Shown here: one piece after another, positions 18,588-28,562 of the stretch
How the letters are laid out: every line of letters begins with the position of its first letter
Numbering within the stretch: the first letter of the stretch is position 1
NCBI GenBank assembly: GCA_036479435.1
Contig: JAZGFI010000042.1
Location: forward strand, 1 to 45,183
Source: Planctomycetota bacterium
Lineage (GTDB): Bacteria; Planctomycetota; GCA-002687715; DRQF01
Reading direction: 5' to 3'
Length of the DNA: 45,183 nucleotides
Notes under the pieces: model-generated
Databases searched by the model: none
Seen by the model: only the letters and a program-made list of their open reading frames with translations
Told to the model about the DNA's origin: nothing
Translations under genes and position numbers: made by a program

Positions 18588-19705
18588 CTCGCCTTGCCGG
18601 CGGCAAGCGGTCGGTAGTTGGAATCGCGTTTTTGGGCTTTGAATCCAGCGGATTCGATGAAGCTGCGGATGCGATCTTCGGTCATGCAGCTGTAAGTTGA
18701 GCCGGCGCTGGAAACAACGTTTTCTTCGAGCATCGTAGAACCGAAATCGTTGGCGCCGTAGGCCAACGCTTCCTGTGCGATTTCTGGACCCATCGTGGGC
18801 CAAGACGCTCCGACGTTGGGGACGTTGTCCAAAAACAATCGCGCCAACGCGATGTGCCGCAAGTATTGCTCGCGAGTAGCGCCGAGTTCCATGCCTTTTT
18901 TCTCGCCAAAGACAAAGCCAAAACGGCTTTCGTATTGCAGCGGCCACATGACGAAGCTCAAAAAACCATTGCCATGGGCCGCCACGCTCTCGTCTTGAAG
19001 ATCGCGAATTTCTCGTAGCGACTCAAAGCGGTGCCAAGCAGACTCGCCGAATCCGATCACTTGCGATGCGCTGGTAACCATGCCCAGCTTCTGAGCGATC
19101 CGCATGCAGTGGATCCAGTCAGCGGTCTTTTGCTTTTTGGGAGAGACTTGGTGGCGTATCTCATCCTGGAGGATTTCTCCGCCGCCGCCAGGGAGCCCGT
19201 CCATTCCGGCTCGCTGGAGGGTTCTCAAGACCGCTTCAATCTCCATTCCCTCTTTGGTCGCGATGTGGTCAATCTCGGAGGGCGAAAAAGAATTTAGCTC
19301 AATCGTGGGGAATTCAGATTTGATGAACTGAAGAAGGTCCACGTAGTAGTCCAAGCCGAGGTCGGGATTGTGCCCGCCTTGGAGCAAGATGCGCGTGCCG
19401 CCAAGGTCACAGGTCTCCTGGATTTTTTGGCTCAAAGAGGACTTAGTGAGGACGTAGCTCTCGTCATGACCAGGACGTCGGTAGAATTCACAGAATTTGC
19501 AATCCGTGATGCAAACGTTGGTGTAATTGACGTTGCGATCGACGAGGTAGGTCACAACCAGCGGATCGGCGACGCTTTGGCGCTTTTTGTCTGCACGCTC
19601 GCGCAGATCCTCGGTGGCGGCGTGTTCGTGCAGTCGCACGGCATCATCCACGCTCAGGCGGGAACCACAGTCCAGGTCTTGCAGAATTTTCGCGACTTCG
19701 GGCAT
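18584..19705 (-). CDS. mqnC: Cyclic dehypoxanthinyl futalosine synthase (radical SAM, futalosine menaquinone pathway)
   Basis: DRNVNYTNVCITDCKFC, LLQGGHNP, PGGGGEIL, GANDFGSTMLEENVVS. Confidence 0.9.
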   Translation of the reverse strand: MPEVAKILQDLDCGSRLSVDDAVRLHEHAATEDLRERADKKRQSVADPLVVTYLVDRNVNYTNVCITDCKFCEFYRRPGHDESYVLTKSSLSQKIQETCDLGGTRILLQGGHNPDLGLDYYVDLLQFIKSEFPTIELNSFSPSEIDHIATKEGMEIEAVLRTLQRAGMDGLPGGGGEILQDEIRHQVSPKKQKTADWIHCMRIAQKLGMVTSASQVIGFGESAWHRFESLREIRDLQDESVAAHGNGFLSFVMWPLQYESRFGFVFGEKKGMELGATREQYLRHIALARLFLDNVPNVGASWPTMGPEIAQEALAYGANDFGSTMLEENVVSSAGSTYSCMTEDRIRSFIESAGFKAQKRDSNYRPLAAGKAS

Positions 19706-19933
19706 GTCAAACTCCTGAATACTGGCTGAGTGTGGACACCCAGCCGACGGTATTCAAGGCCGAGCGGCCCAAAACCCGCGGGGTCACCGCCTCACTCCTG
19801 GATTAGATGAGCCAAATCGGCCCTAACACCACTTTCGCTGCGACTGGATCAAAAGAGTCGCAGTTCTTAGACTTCCGTCGGCCTGCACTCAACTGCGGGC
19901 CAGCATTCACTCTGCTTGGAAAAGGAGCGCCCG

Positions 19934-20266
19934 ATGGGAAACGCAATCGAAATTAAGTCAGACAACTTTGAGTCCGAAATCATCGGCAGCAGTGGTGTCA
20001 GCGTCGTGGATTTTGGCGCGACCTGGTGTGGCCCCTGCAAGGCCCTCGCCCCGATCATCGATGAACTCGCCGCCGAGTACGCCGACAAGGGCGTCAAGAT
20101 TGGCAAGTGCGATGTGGACGAAGCGTCCGACCTCGCCTCGAAGTTCGGCATCATGAGCGTGCCGACGATCATTTTCTTCAAAGATGGGGAAAAGGTCGAC
20201 ACCTTGATGGGCAACCAGCCCAAGGCGACTCTCGCCGCTAAGATCGAGGGGCTACTCGACAGTTGA
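19934..20266 (+). CDS. trxA: Thioredoxin
   Basis: WCGPC active site, SVPT; AAGGAG RBS. Confidence 0.97.
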   Translation: MGNAIEIKSDNFESEIIGSSGVSVVDFGATWCGPCKALAPIIDELAAEYADKGVKIGKCDVDEASDLASKFGIMSVPTIIFFKDGEKVDTLMGNQPKATLAAKIEGLLDS

Positions 20267-21297
20267 ACGATCCGAGCCGAGCTCGCTCCGTCACGATTAA
20301 AGAGCTCGCCGCTCTTTTTCAGGAACGCGACGACTTTCTTTTCACGACTCACATGACGCCGGATGGAGATGGGCTCGGCAGCCAGCTCGCCCTTCTCCGC
20401 GTCTTGAAGAGGAAGGGGAAGTCCGTCCGCATTCTGAATTGCTCCGGTGTCCCCGAAGACTTGCGCTTTTTGACGAAGCCAGGAGAGGTTGTCACCTTCC
20501 ATAAAGACAAGCACGCAGATGACGTGAAGAAGGCCAAACACATTGTGGCCTTCGATCTCGGCGGAGCTGGACGGCTGGGACGAATGGAGTTGCCAGTGCG
20601 CGGCTCTGATGCGGAAAAGATCCTGATCGATCACCACGTTTACGACGGAGAGCTTTTTGACCTCGCGCACATCGCGATCAAAGCTTCGTCCAGCGCGGAG
20701 ATCACCTATGACGTCATCAAGAAACTCGGTGGTACTATTTCTGCCGACGTCGCCGAACCTCTTTACGTCGGTTTGGTGCAGGACACCGGTTCCTTCAACT
20801 ACAACTCCACGTCGGCTCGAACTCACCTGATCGCGGCTGAATTCGTTGACGCTGGGGTCAACCCCTACCGCATCTGGAAAAAGCTGAACTGCCAAAAGCC
20901 CTACCGTCGCGTGCGGCTTATGGGTGAGAACATCGCCCGCATTCGTCTTGAGAACGAGGGGCGTCTGGCGACTTGTAAGGTGGACCTCGATTTCTTGAAG
21001 AAGCAAGATGGCGAAGTTCGCGACGCTTTCGAAGTCGTCAATCACTTTTTGACGATCAAAGGCGTCGAAGTCGGCGTCCTTGGCCTTCAAATCGGCAGCG
21101 ACCGCACGAAGTTCAGTCTAAGGGCGACCGGCGCTCATGACGTCTGCAAGATCGCGCAGGGTTTTGGCGGTGGCGGCCATCGCTATGCGGCAGGATTTAC
21201 CGTCGAGAAGATGGGCTTCGATGTCGCATTCGAAACTGTCTTGCAGAGAGTTCGCGATAGCTTCGGGGCGGTGAAAGCACGTCCCGCTCGGACCTGA
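20263..21297 (+). CDS. nrnA: DHH/DHHA1 phosphoesterase (NrnA oligoribonuclease/pAp phosphatase)
   Basis: H..PDGDGLGS, IDHH, DTGSF, GGGGH; start overlaps the trxA stop. Confidence 0.9.
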   Translation: MNDPSRARSVTIKELAALFQERDDFLFTTHMTPDGDGLGSQLALLRVLKRKGKSVRILNCSGVPEDLRFLTKPGEVVTFHKDKHADDVKKAKHIVAFDLGGAGRLGRMELPVRGSDAEKILIDHHVYDGELFDLAHIAIKASSSAEITYDVIKKLGGTISADVAEPLYVGLVQDTGSFNYNSTSARTHLIAAEFVDAGVNPYRIWKKLNCQKPYRRVRLMGENIARIRLENEGRLATCKVDLDFLKKQDGEVRDAFEVVNHFLTIKGVEVGVLGLQIGSDRTKFSLRATGAHDVCKIAQGFGGGGHRYAAGFTVEKMGFDVAFETVLQRVRDSFGAVKARPART

Positions 21298-21304
21298 GTT
21301 CCTC

Positions 21305-22174
21305 ATGCTCGTGGGCGACTGGCAAGTAGACAGTCTTGAAACCGGCGAGTGTTGGCTAGACGGCGGAGCGATGTTCGGCAGCGTGCCGAAGACGCTTTGG
21401 GAACGCGAGCACCCAGTGGACGAACAGAACCGCATTTGCCTCGCATTGCGCTGCCTTCTTATTCGCGGGCACGGCCGAACGATCGTCGTTGACACCGGCT
21501 GCGGCGACAAGTGGAGCGACAAGCTGCGTGACATCTTTCGGCTCCACAATCCCATTGACTCACTCCGCGATGCCATTCGTGCTCAAGGCGTTGATCCCGA
21601 ATCCGTCACCGACGTTATTTTAACCCACCTTCATTTTGACCACGCCGGTGGCGTTAGCGAGCTCAATGAAAAAGGTGAGCTCGTCCTGACTTTTCCGCGG
21701 GCCAAGCACTGGGTTCAGCGCGACAACCTTGAGAACGCTCAGAAGCCAGGCTTGCGTGAACGCGCCAGCTACTTGCCCGAGAACTGGCAGCCCGTGGTCG
21801 AAGGCAATCACGAATTGACGGTGGGCACCGTGGAGCTTTATCCCGGTCTGAGCGTGCGCCCGGTTCATGGCCACACGCGTGGGATGCAGTTGGTTCGGCT
21901 GGCCGACAAGGACGGGCGCAACGGACTGGTTTACGGGGCGGACCTCATTCCGACTCGTTCGCATGTGCGCCTGCCTTACACGATGGGCTACGACATTAAT
22001 CCGGGGCTCTTGATCGAAGAGAAAGCCACCGCCTTGCGCGACTGCCTCGATCACGACCTTTTGGTTTTCTTTGAACACGACCCGATTTGCGACGCCGCTT
22101 CCTTGAAGGAACAGGGTGGCAGAATCGAAATCGCGGATTCCATACGACTGGATGACAGGGGAGCAGACCGATGA
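21305..22174 (+). CDS. MBL-fold metallo-hydrolase
   Basis: LDGGAMFG, THLHFDHAGG, GHTRG, ADL, MGYD, FEHD. Confidence 0.93.
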   Translation: MLVGDWQVDSLETGECWLDGGAMFGSVPKTLWEREHPVDEQNRICLALRCLLIRGHGRTIVVDTGCGDKWSDKLRDIFRLHNPIDSLRDAIRAQGVDPESVTDVILTHLHFDHAGGVSELNEKGELVLTFPRAKHWVQRDNLENAQKPGLRERASYLPENWQPVVEGNHELTVGTVELYPGLSVRPVHGHTRGMQLVRLADKDGRNGLVYGADLIPTRSHVRLPYTMGYDINPGLLIEEKATALRDCLDHDLLVFFEHDPICDAASLKEQGGRIEIADSIRLDDRGADR

Positions 22175-23673
22175 AAGTTAGTTTCAAAAAGGGATCAGCC
22201 GCTGCGGAAGTCGCTGATCTATTGGCCTTGCCGGTCTACAAGCTCGGCGACAAAGGCTCTTTGAAGGGTGTCGCGGCGGCGATCGACAAGATGATGGGTG
22301 GTGTCTTGTCACAGCTCGTTGCCGGGGGCGACTTCAAGGGCGACCGCGATAGCTGCCTTATGGTTCCGAATACATCCGCCAAGTTGAAAGCCAAGCGCGT
22401 CGCGCTCTTGGGTCTTGGCGACAAAGGCGACGGGACGCCCGAGAACCTTCGCCGCGCGGCGGCGGTGATGGTGAAGAATTCTGGCGACAAGATCAAAAAG
22501 ATCGCCATCGTTGCCGACGATCTTGGGGCAACGGCTAAGTCGGCCGCGGGCTACGCCCAGGCCTTGATTGAAGGCGCGCAGCTCGCCCGCTATCGTTTTG
22601 ACCGCTTCATGGACAAGAAAAAACCGGGGCCAGATCGCTTGGCGCTCGTCTCCGAAAAAGACGCGCTCGCGTCCAATCTTCGCAACGGCGTAAAAGTCGG
22701 TAACGCGACGGCCGCCGGCAACGCTTTTGCCCGCGACCTCGGCAACCTTCCCGGCAATTTCGGTCAGCCTCGAGTCTTGGCGGCAGAAGCGAAGAAGATG
22801 GCCAAGAAGGTTGGCCTCTCCGCCAAGGTCCTTGGCAAGTCCGAGATGGAAAAGGCGGGCATGGGATCGCTATTGTCGGTGGCGCTCGGCAGCAAAGAAG
22901 AAGCGAAGCTCATCGTTCTTGAGCACAACAAAGGCAAAAAGAACCTGCCGACGATTTGCCTGGTCGGTAAGGGTCTGACCTTTGACTCCGGCGGCATTTC
23001 GATCAAGCCCTCGGGCGACATGGACAAAATGCGCTACGACAAGTGCGGCGGCTGCACGGTATTGGGAACCATGCTCGCGGTGGCCGAACTGAATCTACCT
23101 TTGCACGTCGTGGGCATTGTGCCGTCGTCGGAAAACATGCCCGGCGAGAACGCCAACAAACCCGGCGATATCGTGAAGGCTTCGAATGGCAAGACCATTC
23201 AGATCTTGAACACCGATGCCGAAGGCCGGTTGATCCTCGCGGACGCCTTGGTCTACGCCCAAAAGTTTAAGCCCGACGCCATCGTCGATCTCGCTACTTT
23301 GACCGGAGCTTGCATGGTCGCCTTGGGCCAGCATTGTTGCGGGCTCATGACGCGCCATGACGATCTCGCTCGAGAGCTGGTTCACGCTGGCGAGGGTGCC
23401 CACGAAAGAGCTTGGCGCTTGCCGCTCTGGGATGAGTACTCAGACGAGATGAAGGGTGATTCCAGTGATCTCAAAAACCTCGGGGGCCGTTTCGGCGGCG
23501 CGCTTACGGCTGGGGCTTTTCTTGAGAACTTCACGGACAACGCCCGTTGGGCCCACCTCGACATTGCGGGTGTTTCCTGGGATGACTCGCATCGGCCCTA
23601 CAACCGTGGCTCCGGGGCAACTGGGTTCGGGGTCCGCCTTTTGGTCCAGTACCTCAGGAACCTCACATCTTAA
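22171..23673 (+). CDS. pepA: Leucyl aminopeptidase (M17)
   Basis: GKGLTFDSGG, NTDAEGRL, ATLTGA, WAHLDIAG. Confidence 0.97.
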   Translation: MKVSFKKGSAAAEVADLLALPVYKLGDKGSLKGVAAAIDKMMGGVLSQLVAGGDFKGDRDSCLMVPNTSAKLKAKRVALLGLGDKGDGTPENLRRAAAVMVKNSGDKIKKIAIVADDLGATAKSAAGYAQALIEGAQLARYRFDRFMDKKKPGPDRLALVSEKDALASNLRNGVKVGNATAAGNAFARDLGNLPGNFGQPRVLAAEAKKMAKKVGLSAKVLGKSEMEKAGMGSLLSVALGSKEEAKLIVLEHNKGKKNLPTICLVGKGLTFDSGGISIKPSGDMDKMRYDKCGGCTVLGTMLAVAELNLPLHVVGIVPSSENMPGENANKPGDIVKASNGKTIQILNTDAEGRLILADALVYAQKFKPDAIVDLATLTGACMVALGQHCCGLMTRHDDLARELVHAGEGAHERAWRLPLWDEYSDEMKGDSSDLKNLGGRFGGALTAGAFLENFTDNARWAHLDIAGVSWDDSHRPYNRGSGATGFGVRLLVQYLRNLTS

Positions 23674-23771
23674 GTAGATTGTCGCGTCAGGGGCGTTCAA
23701 AGCGCTCCTGGCTCGCATCCTGGACAATGTCGGGCTAAGATCCGGCGGACGCCGTCATCGGAGAACGACAA

Positions 23772-24857
23772 GTGCAGAATGAACAAGAAGGCCGCCGCCT
23801 AGCCCGCACGCTTCAAGTAGGCGAGCTTAAGATCGGGGGCAACAACCCCATTGTCGTTCAGTCGATGACGACGACTGATACTCGCGATATCGATGCGACG
23901 GTTGCCCAGATCAAACGACTTGAGGAAGTCGGTTGCGAGATGGCTCGGGTCGCCGTTGTTGACAACGCCGCCGCCGAATGCCTCGGGAAGATCAAAGCTC
24001 AGATCGACATCCCGCTTATCGCCGACATTCACTTCAATTACAAGCACGCGCTTGAAGCCATCAATCAGGGCGTCGACAAGGTTCGCATTAACCCCGGCAA
24101 CATCGGTGGCGAGACACGCTTTCGCGAGGTCATCCGCGCCTTGCGCGACAGCGGCATGCCGTCTCGCATCGGCGTCAACGCTGGCTCGCTCGAAATGGAT
24201 CTCATCGACCGCTACGGCTTTCCAACTGCGGAAGCACTCGTCGATTCTGCTGAACGGCACATCGAGGTGTGCGAAGACGAAGGTTACACCGACTTTCTAG
24301 TTTCGCTCAAAAGCTCAAGTGTGCCGATGTCGGTAAAAGCCTACCGTCTCTTCGCTTCAAGAAACGACATTCCTTTGCACATCGGTATTACCGAGGCGGG
24401 CGACCCCGAGTACGGCGCGATCAAATCAGCCGCGGGCCTCGGCCCGCTACTTGTCGATGGCATCGGCGACACGATGCGCATCTCTCTCCTCGGCGATCCC
24501 ACCATCGAGATCCCCGTCGCTTACGACATCTTGAAGGCCACCGGCCGGCGCATCCAAAATCCCGAGATCGTCGCGTGCCCCTCTTGCGGCCGGATCGAGA
24601 TCGACCTCGAGAAAATCGTGGCCGAAGTCAAAGTACGCCTCAACAAATCAAAACTCCCCATCGTTGTTTCCGTCTTAGGCTGTGTTGTGAACGGTCCGGG
24701 TGAAGCCCGTGAGGCTGACATCGGCATCGCCGCCGGTCGCGGCTTCGGCATGCTCTTCAAAAAGGGCGTCATGATTCGCAAACTGCAAGAAGACGAAATG
24801 GTCGACGCCCTCATCGAAGAGATCGAGAAGATGGAAGCTGAGGAAGTCTCGGCCTAA
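23772..24857 (+). CDS. ispG: HMBPP synthase (MEP pathway)
   Basis: VQSMTTT, ADIHF, RINPGNIG, CPSCGR, GCVVNGPGEA. Confidence 0.98.
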   Translation: MQNEQEGRRLARTLQVGELKIGGNNPIVVQSMTTTDTRDIDATVAQIKRLEEVGCEMARVAVVDNAAAECLGKIKAQIDIPLIADIHFNYKHALEAINQGVDKVRINPGNIGGETRFREVIRALRDSGMPSRIGVNAGSLEMDLIDRYGFPTAEALVDSAERHIEVCEDEGYTDFLVSLKSSSVPMSVKAYRLFASRNDIPLHIGITEAGDPEYGAIKSAAGLGPLLVDGIGDTMRISLLGDPTIEIPVAYDILKATGRRIQNPEIVACPSCGRIEIDLEKIVAEVKVRLNKSKLPIVVSVLGCVVNGPGEAREADIGIAAGRGFGMLFKKGVMIRKLQEDEMVDALIEEIEKMEAEEVSA

Positions 24858-24922
24858 AGGGTGGTGACTTTGGTCTGACCCAAGTGTTCAGTGTTTGCTG
24901 GGAGTGAGGCGGGCTCTCTTCG

Positions 24923-26011
24923 TCAATGTTGGGGGATTTGCTGCGTGACGCAGTGAAGGCCCCCGCCAGCTTCCGTGATGGCTTTCGCGGGAATTGCAAT
25001 CACCGATGCAAAGAGCTTGCGCAGGATCTTGAGGGCGGGCTGGTCCTGTTTCGGATCGCCGCAGATAGGCACATAGATGTGCTTTGCGCCCGATCCAATG
25101 TAGAAGTTCATGTGCACGATGTCATCGGCGAGCGGCAAATCAATAACTTTCAATCCGGCGGCGACGAGGCGTTTTTTGGCGTCCTTGCAGATTGCGTAGT
25201 TCGGATCTTTCTTGTCATCCGTCGTATGCAGAAGGACCGTGTTCTTCTTCACAAACTTCAAAAGACCATCGACGTGCCCATCGGTGATGGGGTCGGGCAC
25301 GAGACCTTTGTCGAGCCATAGGATGCGCTCAATCCCGAGATTCGATTTGAGTTCTTGCTCGACTTTTGCCCGTGGCCAGCTATTGCCGTTGCCGTTGCGG
25401 TTGGCGTTGAGGACGCAACTCGCGGTCAAGATCCCCGTCTTGCCTTTGGCACTGGCGCCAATCTCGATGGCACCGCCTTCCATCACGAACGCAGACGACA
25501 CGATCGGCAACTTGAGTGCCTTAGCGATGGTCACGCCCACTTTTGTGTCTTGTTTCCAGCCTCGATACTTTTGACCCCAACCATTGAATCTAAAGCAGAC
25601 GGCGCGGCGTTCGCCATCCGCGTTGCGGATGATCAAAGGCGCGGTGTCGCGGGCCCAGTCGACGCTGTAAGCCTCACCGACCGTGACCTTGATCGTCGAA
25701 CTGAGGAGTTTCGTGGCCTGCGCCAGGTCGTCGGGAAAAACGAACATGTGAACCGGTTCATTCTTGGCGATCGCGTTGGCCAAGATGGCAACTTCGGCCT
25801 GTATCGCTTTAGCCTGCTGGCGGTAAGCGTGTTGCGCCGGAAAAATCATGATCGTGCCTTCGTGTCGTTCCCACTCATCAGGGAAGGAGAAGAGCTTAGG
25901 CTTCGGCTTTGGATTGGGCCGGGAGCTAGGACGGCTGTGTTGGCTCCTGGCGCAACTGGAGAACGCTAGCGCTAAAGCGAGGATCAGCAGAATTTTCTTG
26001 TATCTAATCAT
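24923..26011 (-). CDS. Agmatine deiminase / peptidylarginine deiminase family protein, predicted lipoprotein
   Basis: WARD, MEGG, TDGHVD, GGGLHCVTQQ; signal peptide ending AFSSC followed by a Pro/Lys/Ser linker. Confidence 0.92.
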   Translation of the reverse strand: MIRYKKILLILALALAFSSCARSQHSRPSSRPNPKPKPKLFSFPDEWERHEGTIMIFPAQHAYRQQAKAIQAEVAILANAIAKNEPVHMFVFPDDLAQATKLLSSTIKVTVGEAYSVDWARDTAPLIIRNADGERRAVCFRFNGWGQKYRGWKQDTKVGVTIAKALKLPIVSSAFVMEGGAIEIGASAKGKTGILTASCVLNANRNGNGNSWPRAKVEQELKSNLGIERILWLDKGLVPDPITDGHVDGLLKFVKKNTVLLHTTDDKKDPNYAICKDAKKRLVAAGLKVIDLPLADDIVHMNFYIGSGAKHIYVPICGDPKQDQPALKILRKLFASVIAIPAKAITEAGGGLHCVTQQIPQH

Positions 26012-26090
26012 GTCGTATTGGGGTCGGAGCGGCTGTCATGCTTTGGGGTGCGACTAAAGGCGCCGAAGAGGACTTACCTCACTGAGTCTA

Positions 26091-27785
26091 TTATTGCCGA
26101 TTTAGGTCCAAGATGAACTCGATTGTTTCGCCTGGTTTGCCTTTGACCTCGGCTCCACACCAATCGTAGTCGGGGAATCGGAAATGAAGGGTGCGGCGGC
26201 CGGGCGGCAGGTCGCATGCATACGCTCCCTCGGGTTCGAGCAAATCGGCTACCCCATCCTCGTCGTCCACCGAGAACGAAATCAGAGCGCTGGGCACGAA
26301 TATCTCGCCTCTCTCGTTGCGAAAACGGATTTTGCAGCGAACTGCCCAGGGACTGAAAGAGCCGTTGAAGTTCCATCGCCACGCCGCGGCGGCCAAGGGA
26401 TCAGGCAGCAGGTCGATGGTGTGAATAGACTTCGCGGTCCCAAGGAAGACTGTCTTCTTGGCGTGGAAACTCTTGCCGAGCGCCCTATGATTGAAGCAAC
26501 TAACGACTAGCTGAAGACGACTTCCCGGGATTCCGACGAAGAACAATGAATCCTCCTTCCAGGGGTCTTGGACCGCCCGAAATCCGAGCGTTTCGTCGTT
26601 GACCAACAGGCTCCAATCATGCCGCAGTGGCTGGTCATCACCGGGCAGGCGGACGTTGACTTCGACCGGGACCCCCGGTTGGATGACGATGTCGAGGGGC
26701 GGTTGTTCTGGCCGCGTTCGAATCTGTTGAATTCGTTGGGCCAGACCTAGCCGCGGGATGATGGTGATGACCCCGGTGTCCGTATGGGGCACGGTCTTAA
26801 ACAGGCAGCGACCGTCGCGGTCGGTGTCGATTTTGGTCGTAAACGAGAGCGGGGCTACAGAGCCGGTCCTTCCTTTCTCTTCAAACACTGAAAAACGCAA
26901 TGTTCCGGAGACAGGCTCACCGTTGGCCAGTCTCAACCGCCCGGAAAGTCGGCAACTTGGGCTCAATCCAATCTTCAGGTTCCATTTAGCGGGACGGAGA
27001 GGATCGTAGGCAACCGTGATCTGTCTGCTGATCCACCCCGATTTCTCGACCGCAAGCACCATGGAATTGAAGTCGATCTCTTCTTCGGGGTCTCTCAATC
27101 CAATGCCGCTGAACCGGCCGAGTTCGTCCGTCGTCATGCCAACTTTGTAGCCGCTGAAATCAAGCTTCAATGAAACGCCGGCGATCCCGCGGCCATCTAC
27201 TTTGGAAAACACTCGGCTCGACAAGGCGGGCGACAAGCTCGCAAAAAAGACGGCGGGACCGGAGTTATTGAAACCGTCTTGAGTCTCAAAGACGAAGTCC
27301 GGGCCGTAGTCTCCGGTTATCTGGGACGCGCCGGCATGACCGTTGACGATAAACTTGGGTCGGATGGTGTAGTTGTGCAGCGTCGCTTTTTTGTCGAGAA
27401 AAAGAGTGAACGAACCTTGGCTGTCGATCGAAGCCAGTGCCGTTCGATCGGGAACTCCGCTGCCGTTGGTTTCGTACTCGAAGGTAGCTTTCCCGCCGAT
27501 GGCTGGCTGCCTGTTGCTAAGGGCGAGGACCAATCCTTTGAATATCTTCGTCCCCGGAGCGCCAGTCAAGGTTGAATCTGAGTTGTCACCCGCCGCCTCA
27601 GAGCCTGAAGTAAAGACTTTCGCCGCGGCGCCCGCAGCTCTTGCTGCCTGATTGGGCCGGGCATCTAGTTTCTGCTCAATGGCGTCGACTTGATTGTCGG
27701 ACTCGGATTCGGAGAGATAGAGGAACACACCGCCAACGAGTGCCAACACGAATAACGAAATGGCGACCGCGCGACCCAAACCCAT
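26091..27785 (-). CDS. Membrane-anchored protein with carboxypeptidase-regulatory-like (prealbumin-fold) repeats
   Basis: N-terminal TM, then repeated G.V...G.P..G units with TDELGRF / TDRDGRC motifs; exact start uncertain. Confidence 0.7.
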   Translation of the reverse strand: MGLGRAVAISLFVLALVGGVFLYLSESESDNQVDAIEQKLDARPNQAARAAGAAAKVFTSGSEAAGDNSDSTLTGAPGTKIFKGLVLALSNRQPAIGGKATFEYETNGSGVPDRTALASIDSQGSFTLFLDKKATLHNYTIRPKFIVNGHAGASQITGDYGPDFVFETQDGFNNSGPAVFFASLSPALSSRVFSKVDGRGIAGVSLKLDFSGYKVGMTTDELGRFSGIGLRDPEEEIDFNSMVLAVEKSGWISRQITVAYDPLRPAKWNLKIGLSPSCRLSGRLRLANGEPVSGTLRFSVFEEKGRTGSVAPLSFTTKIDTDRDGRCLFKTVPHTDTGVITIIPRLGLAQRIQQIRTRPEQPPLDIVIQPGVPVEVNVRLPGDDQPLRHDWSLLVNDETLGFRAVQDPWKEDSLFFVGIPGSRLQLVVSCFNHRALGKSFHAKKTVFLGTAKSIHTIDLLPDPLAAAAWRWNFNGSFSPWAVRCKIRFRNERGEIFVPSALISFSVDDEDGVADLLEPEGAYACDLPPGRRTLHFRFPDYDWCGAEVKGKPGETIEFILDLNRQ

Positions 27786-27834
27786 CCTCCGACTAACTGC
27801 ACATACGGTGCTTGGCACCGTATGTGCGCGAAGC

Positions 27835-28347
27835 TTAGTCTCTTTGCTCCATGGATCTGACCGCCCGGTCAATTTTTTGGAGCTCACGAGTCAATTCTGG
27901 GCCTTTGCGCTTGGCGCGGTGTAGGCGGCCACGGAATCTGCGGACCTCTTCCGCGCTGTTGACGGCGTCAATGTTGACCAAAGACTCGACGATTAGTTTT
28001 CCCTCGGTGAGCGAAGTGTTGGCGTTATTCAGTTGTTGATTGAGTCTCTGCGCGGCACGGGGACTGTTGATCTGCCCCAGACTGCGGATGGCGTTCGCTC
28101 GGTAATCAATACGTTCGTGGTGGAGGAGATCGCCAAGATCATCGATACAGGATTCATCGGCGACGATGCCGAGCAATGAAATCGCGTTTTTGCGCATGTA
28201 GCGGTCGGCCAATGGGAGGTCACCGCGCGCGACCTGAAGAAGGACCGGGCGATACTGATCCGCCTCGGCACTGAGGTTGTTGAGAGTCTCCGCCGCCATG
28301 TCGATCTGCTTGAGCAACTTGAGCGTGAGATCTTGAAAGTTTGCCAT
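27835..28347 (-). CDS. HEAT-repeat protein
   Basis: MRKNAISLLG and YRANAIRSLGQI HEAT-like units. Confidence 0.75.
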   Translation of the reverse strand: MANFQDLTLKLLKQIDMAAETLNNLSAEADQYRPVLLQVARGDLPLADRYMRKNAISLLGIVADESCIDDLGDLLHHERIDYRANAIRSLGQINSPRAAQRLNQQLNNANTSLTEGKLIVESLVNIDAVNSAEEVRRFRGRLHRAKRKGPELTRELQKIDRAVRSMEQRD

Positions 28348-28562
28348 GAAGTTCGCCCTGTGACCGTCCCGGCACGGCCTATGGATCCGGCTCCGAATTG
28401 GGGCGGATTGGCGTACGACGGATCCTATTCCTCACTGGGATGAAGCGGGAAGGCGCCTAGTCTCCGACCGCAATTCGTGAGAATTTGCGGGCGGACAGGA
28501 GTTAGTCTTCACAGGGAGGGTGGTACTGGAGAGTGACGGCGGGGTGCCTGGCACCGCATATG

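Noticed and set aside
19867..21090. 407-aa antisense ORF
   Set aside because: Shadow frame opposite trxA and nrnA in GC-rich DNA; no motifs.
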